This document shows, piece after piece, positions 25,467-36,331 of a stretch of 53,852 nucleotides of DNA. Location: NCBI GenBank assembly GCA_944368805.1, contig CALVXC010000003.1, forward strand, positions 1-53,852, in the 5' to 3' direction. A program made the translations under genes and the position numbers. Every line of letters starts with the position of its first letter. The first letter of the stretch is position 1. The notes under the pieces were generated by a model. The model did not search any database. It worked only from the letters and a program-made list of their open reading frames with translations, and was not told the DNA's origin. The stretch comes from an uncultured Bacilli bacterium (GTDB taxonomy: Bacteria > Bacillota_I > Bacilli_A > RF39 > UBA660).

Positions 25467-27058
25467 AAGATATTATAAAAGAAGCAATATATAATGTTGT
25501 AAGTGAGTGGGTTTCTATAGATAAAATTATTGTTGAAATTCCTAAAAAAAGAGAGAATGGTGATTATTCTAGTAATATTTGCTTCGTTTTAAGTAAAGTA
25601 ATTAAAAAAAATCCTTTAGATATTGCTTTAAATTTAAAAGAACAAATTGATTTAAAAGAGATTGATAAAATAGAAGTTAAAGGTGGTTTTTTAAACTTTT
25701 ATTTAACTAAAGAATTTTTATTTGATAATTTGAATTTTATTTTAAAACAAGATGAAAATTATGGTAAAAATAATATAGGAAACAAAATGAAAATTAATTT
25801 AGAATACGTAAGTGCGAATCCAACGGGAATTTTACATATCGGACACGCTAGAGGAGCTAGTTACGGTGATTCGATGGCTCGTATTTTAAAATTTTGTGGT
25901 TATGATGTGACTCGTGAATACTATATTAATGATGGTGGTAATCAAATTATTAATTTAGAAAAATCGATTAAAGCTCGTTATGATAATCTTTGTGGTCAAG
26001 AATTAGTAATGCCAAAAGATGGTTATTATGGTCAAGAAATTATCGATATTGCTAAAGAAATATATGATGAATATGGAAAATATGCCAATAGCGAATTGTT
26101 TAGAAATAAAGGATTAGAATATTTACTATCGGAAATTAAAAAAGATTTAAATAATTTTAAAGTAGAGTTTGATGTTTGGACTAGTGAACAAAGTTTATAT
26201 GATCGAAAGTTAGTTGATAAAACACTAAAATACTTAAAAGATAATGGTTATACTTATGAAAAAGATAATGCTTTATTTTTAAAAACAAGTTTATATGGTG
26301 ATTTAAAAGATCGAGTTTTAGTTAAAAGTGATCATACTAATACGTATTTACTTCCTGATATCGCATATCATATAGATAAATATAATCGAGGATATGATAA
26401 AATGGTTGATGTTTTGGGAGCTGATCATCATGGTTATGTTCCAAGGCTTAAAGCCAGTATTAGTATGTGTGGTTACGATGCTTCTAAACTAGATGTTAAA
26501 ATCTTACAAATGGTTCGTTTGATTAAAGATGGTGAAGAAGTTAAAATGAGTAAAAGAACTGGTAAGTCTTTAACAATGAAAGATTTAATTGCAATGGTCG
26601 GAGTTGATGCTGTTAGATATTTCTTTGCAGCACGTAGTTTAGATACTCAAATGGATTTTGATCTTAATTTAGCAACTAAAAAATCCAGTGAAAACCCAGT
26701 TTACTATGTAAGTTATGCTCATGCTAGAATATGCTCAATTATAAGTGATTATGGTAAAGGAGTTAATCATAATTTAAAATATACAACAATTAATTCTGAT
26801 TGGGCAATCGATTTACTGTTTAAAATGTATCAATTCGAAGATGTTGTTAAATTAAGTGCGAAGACTAAAGAACCACATGTTATTACTAATTACATTTATG
26901 ATTTAGCTACTTTATTTCATAGCTTTTATGCTCATGAAAAGATATTAACTGATGATGATGTTTATACATCTGAACGTATTAATCTAATTAAAGGTGTTAA
27001 GATTATTATTAAAAATGCTTTAAATTTAATCGGTGTTAAAGCACCAGATAAAATGTAG
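25463..27058 (+). CDS. argS: arginine--tRNA ligase
   Basis: HIGH region SANPTGILHIGHARG, KMSK region VKMSKRTGK, C-terminal DALR anticodon-binding domain. Confidence 0.97.
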   Translation: MKDIIKEAIYNVVSEWVSIDKIIVEIPKKRENGDYSSNICFVLSKVIKKNPLDIALNLKEQIDLKEIDKIEVKGGFLNFYLTKEFLFDNLNFILKQDENYGKNNIGNKMKINLEYVSANPTGILHIGHARGASYGDSMARILKFCGYDVTREYYINDGGNQIINLEKSIKARYDNLCGQELVMPKDGYYGQEIIDIAKEIYDEYGKYANSELFRNKGLEYLLSEIKKDLNNFKVEFDVWTSEQSLYDRKLVDKTLKYLKDNGYTYEKDNALFLKTSLYGDLKDRVLVKSDHTNTYLLPDIAYHIDKYNRGYDKMVDVLGADHHGYVPRLKASISMCGYDASKLDVKILQMVRLIKDGEEVKMSKRTGKSLTMKDLIAMVGVDAVRYFFAARSLDTQMDFDLNLATKKSSENPVYYVSYAHARICSIISDYGKGVNHNLKYTTINSDWAIDLLFKMYQFEDVVKLSAKTKEPHVITNYIYDLATLFHSFYAHEKILTDDDVYTSERINLIKGVKIIIKNALNLIGVKAPDKM

Positions 27059-27068
27059 GGAGGATAAA

Positions 27069-27509
27069 ATGAAATTAAATAATATATCAAAAGAAGAACT
27101 TGAACAAATGTCTTATACTGATATTACTTATCAGTTGTTAAAAGAAAATAAAAAGCCAATGACGACACCAGATATTTTTAAAAATATTTGTAATTTATTA
27201 GGCTATAGTGATGAAGACTATCAAACAAAGATTGGAGATTATTATACATCTTTGACAATCGATAAACGTTTTATTTTATTAGATTCAGGTAAATGGGATG
27301 TTAGAGATCATCATTCAGTTGATTTAGTCGTTGATGAAGAAGATGATGATATCGAAGAAGAAATAGAAGAAGATGAAGAAATAGAAGAAGAAATGGTTTT
27401 AGATGATGATGTTGATAGTTTAGATGATGATAATGATTTAGAAATCGATGAGGATTTAGATGATTTAGCTATAATTAAAGATGATGAATTAGATGATGAA
27501 GAAGAATAG
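27069..27509 (+). CDS. rpoE: DNA-directed RNA polymerase delta subunit
   Basis: N-terminal HARE-HTH-like domain ([24 protein letters not shown]...[13 protein letters not shown]) plus a long Asp/Glu tail. ATG 27069 behind GGGAGGA. Confidence 0.9.
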   Translation: MKLNNISKEELEQMSYTDITYQLLKENKKPMTTPDIFKNICNLLGYSDEDYQTKIGDYYTSLTIDKRFILLDSGKWDVRDHHSVDLVVDEEDDDIEEEIEEDEEIEEEMVLDDDVDSLDDDNDLEIDEDLDDLAIIKDDELDDEEE

Positions 27510-27550
27510 GTAATGACCTATTTTCTTTGTGTGTCAAAAGGAGGGTAACA

Positions 27551-28612
27551 ATGTTAGAAAGATTAAATAATATCGAAAAGCGTTTTATAGAAATCGATAA
27601 TGAAATGTTGAAACCAGAAGTTATTCAAGATATAAAAAAGACAATGATGCTATCAAAAGAAAAAGCTGGATTACAAGAAGCATATGATTTATATCAAGAA
27701 TATAAACGTGTATTAAGCGATATTAAAGAAGCTAAAGAAATGGCTAAAGATCCAGAATTTTTAGAATTTTCAAAAGAAGAGATAAGTAAGTTAGAAAACG
27801 AAAAAAAAGATTTGGAAGCTAAAATAGAAATTGTTTTATTACCTAAAGATCCTAATGATTTTAAAAATGTTATTGTTGAAATTAGAGGAGCTGCTGGTGG
27901 TGATGAAGCTAATATTTTTGCTGGTGATTTATATCGTATGTATAGTAAATATGCTGAAAAAGAAGGATTTAAAGTTGAAGTTTTGAATGCTGAAGAATCT
28001 GAAGCTGGTGGTTTTTCGCAAATTGAATTTTTAATTAAAGGCGATAATGTTTATTCGAAATTAAAATATGAAAGTGGAGCGCATCGTGTTCAACGAGTAC
28101 CAAGTACGGAAACGCAAGGGCGAGTTCATACGTCAACGGCTACGGTTTTGGTAATGCCTGAAGCTGATGAAGATGTCGAAGTTGAAATTAATCCTAATGA
28201 TTTAAGAATTGATGTTTATCGTAGTAGTGGTAAGGGTGGTCAAGGAGTTAATACAACCGATAGTGCGGTTAGAATTACTCATTTACCAAGTGGAATTGTT
28301 GTTACTTGTCAAAACGAGAGAAGTCAGATTCAAAATAAAGAACATTGTATGAAAATGTTAAAAGCGAGATTATATGAAGAAAAAATGCGGAAACAAGAAG
28401 AACAATTAGGTTTAGAACGTCGCAATAAAATTGGAACTGGTGATCGTTCAGAAAAAATAAGAACTTACAATTATCCACAAAATAGAGTTACTGATCACCG
28501 AATTGGTTTTACTTTAAAACAATTAGATCGAGTTATGGAAGGATCATTAGATGAAATAATTGAAGCTTTAATTACAGAAGATCAAAAAAGAAAGTTACAA
28601 GATAATGACTGA
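27551..28612 (+). CDS. prfA: peptide chain release factor 1
   Basis: PST codon-recognition tripeptide ([10 protein letters not shown]) and GGQ (SGKGGQGVN). ATG 27551 behind AAAGGAGGG. Confidence 0.97.
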   Translation: MLERLNNIEKRFIEIDNEMLKPEVIQDIKKTMMLSKEKAGLQEAYDLYQEYKRVLSDIKEAKEMAKDPEFLEFSKEEISKLENEKKDLEAKIEIVLLPKDPNDFKNVIVEIRGAAGGDEANIFAGDLYRMYSKYAEKEGFKVEVLNAEESEAGGFSQIEFLIKGDNVYSKLKYESGAHRVQRVPSTETQGRVHTSTATVLVMPEADEDVEVEINPNDLRIDVYRSSGKGGQGVNTTDSAVRITHLPSGIVVTCQNERSQIQNKEHCMKMLKARLYEEKMRKQEEQLGLERRNKIGTGDRSEKIRTYNYPQNRVTDHRIGFTLKQLDRVMEGSLDEIIEALITEDQKRKLQDND

Positions 28613-29330
28613 TTTAGAATATTTAAAAAAATATGTTGATGCTAATAAATTAGATGAGGCTATAGAAAAACTAAATCAAAATATTCCTGTTCAATATATT
28701 GTTGGTAATGTTGATTTTTATGGACTTATTTTTAAAGTTAATAGTAATGTTTTAATTCCTAGATTTGAAACAGAACAGTTAGTTAATAAAACTTATAATT
28801 ATATTTTAAAATATTTTCCTAATAATTTAAAAATTGCTGATATTGGAACTGGTAGTGGTTGCATAGCTATTACTTTAAAAAAATTACTATCTAATTCTTA
28901 TGTTGAAGCAGTTGATATATCGTCTAAAGCTTTAGAAGTAGCTAGGGAAAACGCCAAAGATAATAAGTGTGATGTTACTTTTTATCTTGGTGATTTATTA
29001 GAACCTTTAAAAAATAAAGTAGATCTTCTAATAAGCAACCCACCTTATATTGCTTATGATGATCCAGATGTTATGGATATAGTTAAAAAAAATGAGCCTC
29101 ATTTAGCTTTATTTGCTTCTAATAATGGTTTAGAATTTTATGAAAAGATTATTAGTAAAGCTAAAGATTATTTAAATGAAAAAAGTATGATTTCTTTAGA
29201 AATAGGATCTAATCAAGCCTTAAGTGTAAAAAAAATAGCTTATAAATATTTTCCTGCATCGAAAGTTTTAGTTGAAAAAGATATGCAAGGAAAAGATCGT
29301 TTTGTTTTTATTTTAAATAATTTGTTATAA
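28605..29330 (+). CDS. prmC: release factor glutamine N5-methyltransferase
   Basis: SAM motif [10 protein letters not shown] and NPPY (ISNPPYI). Overlaps prfA by 8 nt. Confidence 0.92.
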   Translation: MTDLEYLKKYVDANKLDEAIEKLNQNIPVQYIVGNVDFYGLIFKVNSNVLIPRFETEQLVNKTYNYILKYFPNNLKIADIGTGSGCIAITLKKLLSNSYVEAVDISSKALEVARENAKDNKCDVTFYLGDLLEPLKNKVDLLISNPPYIAYDDPDVMDIVKKNEPHLALFASNNGLEFYEKIISKAKDYLNEKSMISLEIGSNQALSVKKIAYKYFPASKVLVEKDMQGKDRFVFILNNLL

Positions 29331-29338
29331 TAATAAAT

Positions 29339-29379
29339 TTCCAAAACTTATAAAGAGGTGTTAGTTTTGGAATTTTTTT
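29339..29379 (+). terminator. intrinsic terminator after prmC
   Basis: TTCCAAAACT / AGTTTTGGAA 10-bp stem with a 14-nt loop, followed by seven T. Confidence 0.65.
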
Positions 29380-29547
29380 CAAAACTTGACTTTAGTGTAA
29401 ACTTAATATTTATTATATATAAGTTATAAAAAATAAAACCAATATATCGTTATAATATGTTTGCTTTTTTAATAAAAATAATAATTTATAAATATAATTG
29501 TTTAGATAAAATTTTTATGTTATACTATAAACCGAGTGTGATTATAA

Positions 29548-30873
29548 ATGATTAAAAATACAAAAGAAAAAATAAGTTTTGAATTTGAAACCACTGATAA
29601 AACATTTAAAAAAAGATTAAAAAAAGTTAATAAAATAAATAATATAATTAATTCAAAAAATAAAAAGAAACCGATACCTATTTTTAGTACTAATCAAGAA
29701 GAATTAATTTTTGATAAAAAAGGTACATTTAATTTAAATACCTTAAAAAAAAGTGTAGTAGTTAATTTTAACGAACAATTAATAACAACCAAAAAAAGAG
29801 TTGTCGTAGTTAGTAAGACTAGTTTAAAAAAAGCTAAAAGTAATTTAAAAGAAAAATCTTTAATTTTAGAAACTGGAACCAATATTGAAAGTAAAATTAA
29901 TAAGTTTGTTGTTAAAAATAAAGAAAAATTATCTTCCTTAAATGAAGAGTTATCTAAATTAAGTAAAGGATTATCTAATGTTTATAAAAAAGAAGAGGTA
30001 GATGATAAGAAAAAGAAGATATTAAATATTAAAAAGCAAGCAGAAATATTAAAAATTGAATGTTTGTTGATAAGTGGAAATAGTGATTTTGAAAATTTTG
30101 ATTTTTTACATGATGAAGCTTTATTAAAAAATATCGAATTATTTACTCTAAAAGCAAGTAATCAAGAGATTAAAGATTTAGCTATTAGTTGTAAAACGGA
30201 CTTGGATTATGTTGATAATTTGTTAGAGGTTTTATCTAAATCAGATTATTTAGATTACGAAATAAATAAAAAAGATAAAACAATAAAAAAACGTGATGAA
30301 GATTTTAAAGAATATAAAAAAGATGTTTCTGATTTATATAAAATAAAAAACACAATAACTAGTGAAATTAAAGAAGAAGTAGCTAAATCTTATGAAATAA
30401 TTGAACGTTTAAAAAAATTTGACGAAAGTAAAGATGTTCTATCAATTAATCAATTAAGAAGTATTGCTAATGATTATATTGATTACATTTTAAATGGAGA
30501 CTATTTAATAAAATTGTTTCACTTTTTAACATTTAATATTTTTAAAAATGATAAAAAAGAAACGCTTAAACAAATTCAAAACAAAGAACAATTAATTAAA
30601 ATAATTTATTCAGATTATAGTCAAGAACTTAATAAAGAAATAGCTGATTTAAAACAACTTTCAACCAATATTAAAGTTAGTATTGAGCAGTTATCATGGT
30701 TAAAGACAGTTTTTAAAAACAAATTTTATAAATATCAAGATTTATTTTCTGAATATAAAGAGATATATATAAAATTAGAAAAACTAGAAGAAAAACTTAT
30801 TCATGATCATGAAATTGTTAAAAATGTTGAAGATGAATTAAAAGTTAAAAAGCTTGAAATAAAATATAATTAA
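29548..30873 (+). CDS. Lys-rich predicted coiled-coil protein, unknown function
   Basis: 441-aa ORF flanked by its own terminators. No TM, no signal peptide, no recognised motif. Confidence 0.55.
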   Translation: MIKNTKEKISFEFETTDKTFKKRLKKVNKINNIINSKNKKKPIPIFSTNQEELIFDKKGTFNLNTLKKSVVVNFNEQLITTKKRVVVVSKTSLKKAKSNLKEKSLILETGTNIESKINKFVVKNKEKLSSLNEELSKLSKGLSNVYKKEEVDDKKKKILNIKKQAEILKIECLLISGNSDFENFDFLHDEALLKNIELFTLKASNQEIKDLAISCKTDLDYVDNLLEVLSKSDYLDYEINKKDKTIKKRDEDFKEYKKDVSDLYKIKNTITSEIKEEVAKSYEIIERLKKFDESKDVLSINQLRSIANDYIDYILNGDYLIKLFHFLTFNIFKNDKKETLKQIQNKEQLIKIIYSDYSQELNKEIADLKQLSTNIKVSIEQLSWLKTVFKNKFYKYQDLFSEYKEIYIKLEKLEEKLIHDHEIVKNVEDELKVKKLEIKYN

Positions 30874-30879
30874 AATATT

Positions 30880-30915
30880 AAACATTAGTAAATTAATTAT
30901 TTTTCTAATGTTTTT
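30880..30915 (+). terminator. intrinsic terminator
   Basis: AAACATTAG / CTAATGTTT stem with a 16-nt loop and a T run. Confidence 0.5.
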
Positions 30916-30993
30916 ATATTAAAACAAGCATTTAATAATTATTGACTTTACTTATAAAATAGTTTAAAATCAGAATAGACGTTAAGAAAGGAT

Positions 30994-33900
30994 ATGGCAT
31001 TAATGGAAGTAAACTTAAAAAAATTATTAGAAAAATGTGCATTAAATGAAAATACCTATTCCTTTTTTGAAAATGGTAAATTAGTTAAAATTATCGGTAA
31101 TAAAGATAAAACTAAATATCATTTTAAAATAGAACTTGATTATAATTTACCGGTTAATATTTATCAAGAACTTTATGATGCGATAAAAAAGGAATTTAAT
31201 AAACAAATTACTTTAGAAATCAAAGCTAATAGTTTAGATTTAAATTTATTAACTGATTATTTTAAATATAGCATTAATAAATATAAAGAGGATAATCCGT
31301 TATTAGAAATGTTTTTAAATAGTTTAATAAATTTAAATGGCAATAATCTTCAAATAAGTATTAATAATAAAGCAGAAGCTATGAAATTAGATAGTATAAA
31401 AAAAGATTTGCTAACAGATTTTAAAAATTATGGTTTTGGTAATTTAAATTTAGAATATTTAATTAATGAAGAAAATAGTCAAAAAATAAGAGATGAAATA
31501 GCTATAGATATGAATAAATATAACGATATTTCTTTTGAAGTTAAAACGACTAATAAAACTAATCGAAAGAATAAAACAAGTGAAGGTGCGATTATGGGAA
31601 GAATAATTAAAGATGAACCAGTAAAAGTATCTAGTTTAATAGGGCCAGTTAATAGTGCCACGATTGAGGCTTGTATTTTTGAAGTGGAAATAAGAGAAAC
31701 CAAAACGAATTTAAAAATTATGACTTTAAAAGTTACTGATTATACTGATAGTATTTATTGTAAATTGTTTATTAATGATGATGAAGAATTTGCTAGATTA
31801 GAAAAAGATTTAAAAGTAGGAAAATGGTATAAAATTAGAGGTAATGTTAAAGATGATAACTATTCTAATGAACTTATTATAAGTGTTTATGATATTAATG
31901 AAGCTATACATGAAGAAGTTAAAATTATAGATGACTCTGATGTTAAAAGAGTTGAATTACATACTCATAGTAAAATGAGCCAAATGGATGGAGTAGTTGA
32001 AAGCAAAGATTTACTTAAACAAGCTTTAAAATGGGGACATAAGGCGATAGCTATTACTGATCATAATTGTTTACAAGCTTTTCCCGATGTATATAATTTT
32101 GTTAAAAATCATAATAAATCGTTAAAAGAAGGTGAAGAACCTTTTAAAGCTTTGTATGGTGTTGAATTAACGATGGTAGATGATGATGTTGATATTGTTA
32201 TAAGAGGTGATAAACGTAGTTTATTAGATACTACTTATGTTGTGTTTGACTTTGAAACAACGGGATTAAATGCAGGTGGTAAAGATTCAATTATTGAAGT
32301 TGGAGCTGTTAAAATTTTAAACGGTGAAATTATTGATCGTTTTTCACAGTTAATAGATCCAGGTGTAAAATTATCACCTAAAATAACAGAAATTACCCAC
32401 ATAACTGATGATATGCTTAAAGGAAAACCTTCGGAAGAAGAAGTTATTAAAGATTTTATTAATTGGTATGGAGATTTACCTATGGTTGCCCATAATGCTA
32501 AATTTGATGTTTCGTTTTTAGAAATGGTTTATAAAAAATATAATTTAGGTAAGTTTGAAAATACGGTTATTGATACGTTAGAATTATCAAGAACAATGGA
32601 TAATACTTATGCCCGACATAGTTTATCTGCGCTAGTTAAAAGGTATAATGTTCCTTTTGATGAAGATGCGCACCATCGAGCTGATTATGATGCTGAAGGA
32701 ACAGCTTATGTCTTTCACAAAATGTTACAAAAATTAAGTGATCGTAATTTTAATTCAATTATTGATATTGAATCATTAGTTTCTAAGGATGAAATTCATA
32801 GGTATGGGCGAACTTTTCATATCAATATTCTAGCTCAAAATAAAGTTGGTTTAAAAAATTTATTTAAGATTGTTAGTTATGCTAATACTAAATATTTATA
32901 TAAAACACCTCGAATTTTAAAAAGTGAAGTTAATCGTTTAAGAGAAGGTTTATTAATTGGTAGTGGTTGTTATGAAAGCGAAGTTTTTATTCAAGCTCGT
33001 TCTAAGGGAGATGAGGAATTAACTAATATAATTAATTTTTATGATTATGTTGAAGTTCAACCACTTGATTGCTATGATCATTTATTGCAAAGTGGTGATT
33101 TTGAATCTAAAGCTTTGTTAATTGATCATATTAAAAAAATTATTCGAAATACTAAAGCTGCTGGTAAGTTAATTGTAGCAACAGGGGATGTTCATCATTT
33201 AACTAAAGAAGACCGTATATATCGTGAAATCATTGTCAATCAAAAAGTGCCAGGTGGTGGAAGACATCCTTTAGCGCGCAATAATATTAAACAAATTCCT
33301 AGTTATCATTTTAGAACCACTAATGAAATGTTAGAAGATTTTAGTTTTTTAGATCCTGATTTAGCTAATGAAATAGTTATTGAAAATCCTAATAAAATAG
33401 CTGATTCGATTGAAGTTTTGGAAGTTATTGTCGAAACTGGTGGTGTTCCTTTTTCACCACATATTGAAAATTCAGCTCAAATAGTAACAGATATGGTTTA
33501 TAATAAGGCTCATGAAATATATGGAGATCCCTTACCTCCGTTAATTGCTGATAGATTAGATTCAGAATTGAAAGGTATTATTAATGGTGGGTTTGATGTT
33601 GTTTATTTGTTATCCCAAAAATTAGTTAAAAAAAGTAATGAAGATGGTTATTTAGTAGGGAGTAGAGGGTCAGTTGGTTCTTCATTTGTAGCAACGATGA
33701 TGGGAATTACGGAAGTTAATCCCTTACCTCCTCATTATGTTTGTCCTAAATGTAAGTATACTATTTTTGAAATTGATGGTAGATCTTTAGGAAAAGATTA
33801 TACTAGTGGTTATGATCTTCCAGATATGAATTGTCCTAAATGTAGTACTTTATTAAAAAAAGAAGGTCATGACATGCCTTTTGCTACTTTTTTAGGTTTT

Positions 33901-35376
33901 AATGCTGATAAAGTGCCAGATATAGATCTTAATTTTTCTGGTGATTATCAATGGAAAGCTCATGAATATACTAAAGAGTTATTAGGAGTTAATAATGTTT
34001 ATCGCGCTGGAACAATTGGTACAGTAGCTAAAAAAACAGCTTTTGGTTTTGTTAAAGGTTATTGTGAAGATAAAGGTATTCAAATGCGAACAGCTGAAGT
34101 TGAACGTTTGGCTATGGGGTGTGAAGGGGTTAAAAGAACAACTGGTCAACATCCTGGAGGAATTGTTGTTGTTCCTGATTATATGGAAATTTTTGATTTT
34201 ACTCCTTATCAATATCCAGCTGATGATCCTAATTCTTTATGGAAAACAACTCATTTTGATTACCATTCAATTGAAGATGATCTTTTAAAATTAGATATAT
34301 TGGGTCATGACGTTCCAACCATTTTAAGAATGTTGGAAGATTTATCAGGTATTGATGTAACGACTTTACCAATGGATGATAAGAAAGTTTATTCATTATT
34401 ATCTTCCCCTGATGAATTAGGCGTTACTAAAGAGCAGATTATGTGTTCAACTGGAACTTTAGGTTTACCAGAATTAGGTACTAAATTCACACTAGCGCTT
34501 TTAGAGGAAACGAAACCTAAAACGTTTGGTGAACTTGTTAAGATATCTGGTTTATCACATGGTACGGATGTTTGGTCTGGTAATGCTCAAGAGTTAATTA
34601 AAAATAATGTCATACCATTTAAAGATGTAATTGGTTGTCGTGATGAGATTATGGTTTATTTAATGAATCAAGGTATGGAACCATTAGATTCTTTTAAAAT
34701 AATGGAATTTGTTCGTAAAGGAAAACCAACTAAAATACCAGAAGAATGGCCTAAATGGGAACAAAAAATGAAAGATGCACATATACCAGATTGGTATATT
34801 GAATCTTGTCATAAAATAAAATATATGTTTCCCAAAGCTCATGCAGTTGCTTATGTTATGAGTGCTTTAAGGATAGCTTGGTTTAAATTATATAAGCCAA
34901 TTATGTATTATGCGACTCATTTTTCAATTAAGGTTTTTGATTTTGATATTGAAGCGATGATTAAAGGATATGATGCAATTAAAGATAAAATTATTGAAAT
35001 TAATAATAAAGGTTTTAATGCCACTAATAAGGAAACAGCTACTTTAGAAGGTTTACAATTAGCTTTAGAAGCTAGTGCCAGAGGATTTAAGTTTGCTTCA
35101 ATCGATTTACAAAAAAGTGATTCTGATAAATTTTTAATTGCTGAAGATGGTATTACTTTAATTCCGCCTTTTAGAGCTATTGATGGTTTAGGTGAAACAG
35201 TAGCTCGAAAAATAGTTGAAGAAAGGGCTAAAAATTATTTTTTAAGTGTTGAAGATTTACAAAAAAGATGTAAGGTTTCTTCTACTTTAATTGATAGAAT
35301 GCGTATGATGGGTATTTTAGATGGTATGGATGAATCTAGTCAATTAAGTATATTTAGTTTTGATGGTGTTGTTTAA
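30994..35376 (+). CDS. polC: DNA polymerase III PolC-type alpha subunit
   Basis: PHP domain (HTHSKMSQMDG), inserted DEDDh exonuclease (FDFETTGL, HNAKFDVSFL, HRADYDA), Zn module CPKC...CPKC, polymerase core. 1460 aa. Confidence 0.98.
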   Translation: MALMEVNLKKLLEKCALNENTYSFFENGKLVKIIGNKDKTKYHFKIELDYNLPVNIYQELYDAIKKEFNKQITLEIKANSLDLNLLTDYFKYSINKYKEDNPLLEMFLNSLINLNGNNLQISINNKAEAMKLDSIKKDLLTDFKNYGFGNLNLEYLINEENSQKIRDEIAIDMNKYNDISFEVKTTNKTNRKNKTSEGAIMGRIIKDEPVKVSSLIGPVNSATIEACIFEVEIRETKTNLKIMTLKVTDYTDSIYCKLFINDDEEFARLEKDLKVGKWYKIRGNVKDDNYSNELIISVYDINEAIHEEVKIIDDSDVKRVELHTHSKMSQMDGVVESKDLLKQALKWGHKAIAITDHNCLQAFPDVYNFVKNHNKSLKEGEEPFKALYGVELTMVDDDVDIVIRGDKRSLLDTTYVVFDFETTGLNAGGKDSIIEVGAVKILNGEIIDRFSQLIDPGVKLSPKITEITHITDDMLKGKPSEEEVIKDFINWYGDLPMVAHNAKFDVSFLEMVYKKYNLGKFENTVIDTLELSRTMDNTYARHSLSALVKRYNVPFDEDAHHRADYDAEGTAYVFHKMLQKLSDRNFNSIIDIESLVSKDEIHRYGRTFHINILAQNKVGLKNLFKIVSYANTKYLYKTPRILKSEVNRLREGLLIGSGCYESEVFIQARSKGDEELTNIINFYDYVEVQPLDCYDHLLQSGDFESKALLIDHIKKIIRNTKAAGKLIVATGDVHHLTKEDRIYREIIVNQKVPGGGRHPLARNNIKQIPSYHFRTTNEMLEDFSFLDPDLANEIVIENPNKIADSIEVLEVIVETGGVPFSPHIENSAQIVTDMVYNKAHEIYGDPLPPLIADRLDSELKGIINGGFDVVYLLSQKLVKKSNEDGYLVGSRGSVGSSFVATMMGITEVNPLPPHYVCPKCKYTIFEIDGRSLGKDYTSGYDLPDMNCPKCSTLLKKEGHDMPFATFLGFNADKVPDIDLNFSGDYQWKAHEYTKELLGVNNVYRAGTIGTVAKKTAFGFVKGYCEDKGIQMRTAEVERLAMGCEGVKRTTGQHPGGIVVVPDYMEIFDFTPYQYPADDPNSLWKTTHFDYHSIEDDLLKLDILGHDVPTILRMLEDLSGIDVTTLPMDDKKVYSLLSSPDELGVTKEQIMCSTGTLGLPELGTKFTLALLEETKPKTFGELVKISGLSHGTDVWSGNAQELIKNNVIPFKDVIGCRDEIMVYLMNQGMEPLDSFKIMEFVRKGKPTKIPEEWPKWEQKMKDAHIPDWYIESCHKIKYMFPKAHAVAYVMSALRIAWFKLYKPIMYYATHFSIKVFDFDIEAMIKGYDAIKDKIIEINNKGFNATNKETATLEGLQLALEASARGFKFASIDLQKSDSDKFLIAEDGITLIPPFRAIDGLGETVARKIVEERAKNYFLSVEDLQKRCKVSSTLIDRMRMMGILDGMDESSQLSIFSFDGVV

Positions 35377-35404
35377 CTGCAAATTTAATTATTTGCAGTT
35401 TTTT
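35375..35404 (+). terminator. intrinsic terminator after polC
   Basis: AACTGCAAAT-TTAATT-ATTTGCAGTT followed by TTTT. Confidence 0.8.
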
Positions 35405-35626
35405 ATATTAAAAAAATTATTTATTTTATTAATTAATATTTTAAATTTAATATATAAAGATAATAAATTTAAAAAAAGTATTATTTGCTTTAAAATAATA
35501 AATATGTTATAACTTTATAAGTGTTCTTATAATATAAAATATGTGAAATAATTAAAAATTATAAATTTATTAGTTTTATATAACTAATAATGTTATAATA
35601 AAAATATGCTTATAAGGGAGGGCATT

Positions 35627-36331
35627 ATGGAGTTATATAAATTAGAAAAAGTATCTAAAATTTATCATGTAGCTAATGAAAAAACACATGCTTTAGATCA
35701 TATTGATTTAAATATAAATAAAGGAGAAATTGTCGTTATTTTAGGACCTAGTGGTAGTGGTAAAAGTACGATGTTAAATATATTATCGGGAATTGATAAC
35801 CCAACAAGTGGTAAAGTATTTTTTGATAATAAAAGAATTGATAAATTAAACGAAAAAGAATTAACTAATTACCGTAAAGATAATTTAGGTTTTATTTTTC
35901 AAAGTTATAATTTAATTGCCAATTTAAATGTTTTAGAAAATGTTGAATTAGGTAAAGAATTAGCTAAAGAACCATTAAATATAAAAGATTTATTAGAATT
36001 GGTTGGTTTAAAAGAACATATGAAAAAATACCCATATCAATTATCAGGTGGGCAGATGCAACGAGTAGCTATAGCTAGAGCTGTTGTTAAAAATCCTAGT
36101 GTTTTATTTTGTGATGAACCAACTGGCGCTTTAGACGAAAAAACGGGCAAAATTGTTTTAAGTTTGTTACAAGAAATTAATCAAAAATATCATACGACAA
36201 TAATAATAGTTACTCACAACCCTAGTATTGCTTTAATGGCTAATACAGTTGTTAAAATGAATAGTGGTAGAATTGTAAGTATAACTAAAAATAAAGATAT
36301 AGCTAGAGCTTTAGATTTGAGGTGGGCATAA
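35627..36331 (+). CDS. ABC transporter ATP-binding protein (MacB/FtsE/LolD-type), copy 1
   Basis: GPSGSGKST, LSGGQMQRVAIARA, LFCDEPTGALD, VTHN. ATG 35627 behind AGGGAGGG. Confidence 0.92.
   Translation: MELYKLEKVSKIYHVANEKTHALDHIDLNINKGEIVVILGPSGSGKSTMLNILSGIDNPTSGKVFFDNKRIDKLNEKELTNYRKDNLGFIFQSYNLIANLNVLENVELGKELAKEPLNIKDLLELVGLKEHMKKYPYQLSGGQMQRVAIARAVVKNPSVLFCDEPTGALDEKTGKIVLSLLQEINQKYHTTIIIVTHNPSIALMANTVVKMNSGRIVSITKNKDIARALDLRWA

Noticed and set aside
27340-27509. Long GAT/GAA-rich tract considered as a simple-sequence repeat
   Set aside because: It encodes the polyacidic C-terminal tail that is a normal hallmark of the RNA polymerase delta subunit.
29694-29882. 62-aa ORF antisense to the Lys-rich coiled-coil gene
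   Set aside because: AAA/AAG-rich sense codons give an open Phe/Leu-rich antisense frame, and there is no SD.
31479-34288. Three short ORFs inside polC (31479-31703 minus, 33982-34212 minus, 34043-34288 plus)
   Set aside because: All lie within the continuous, motif-rich PolC frame. They are alternative-frame or antisense noise.
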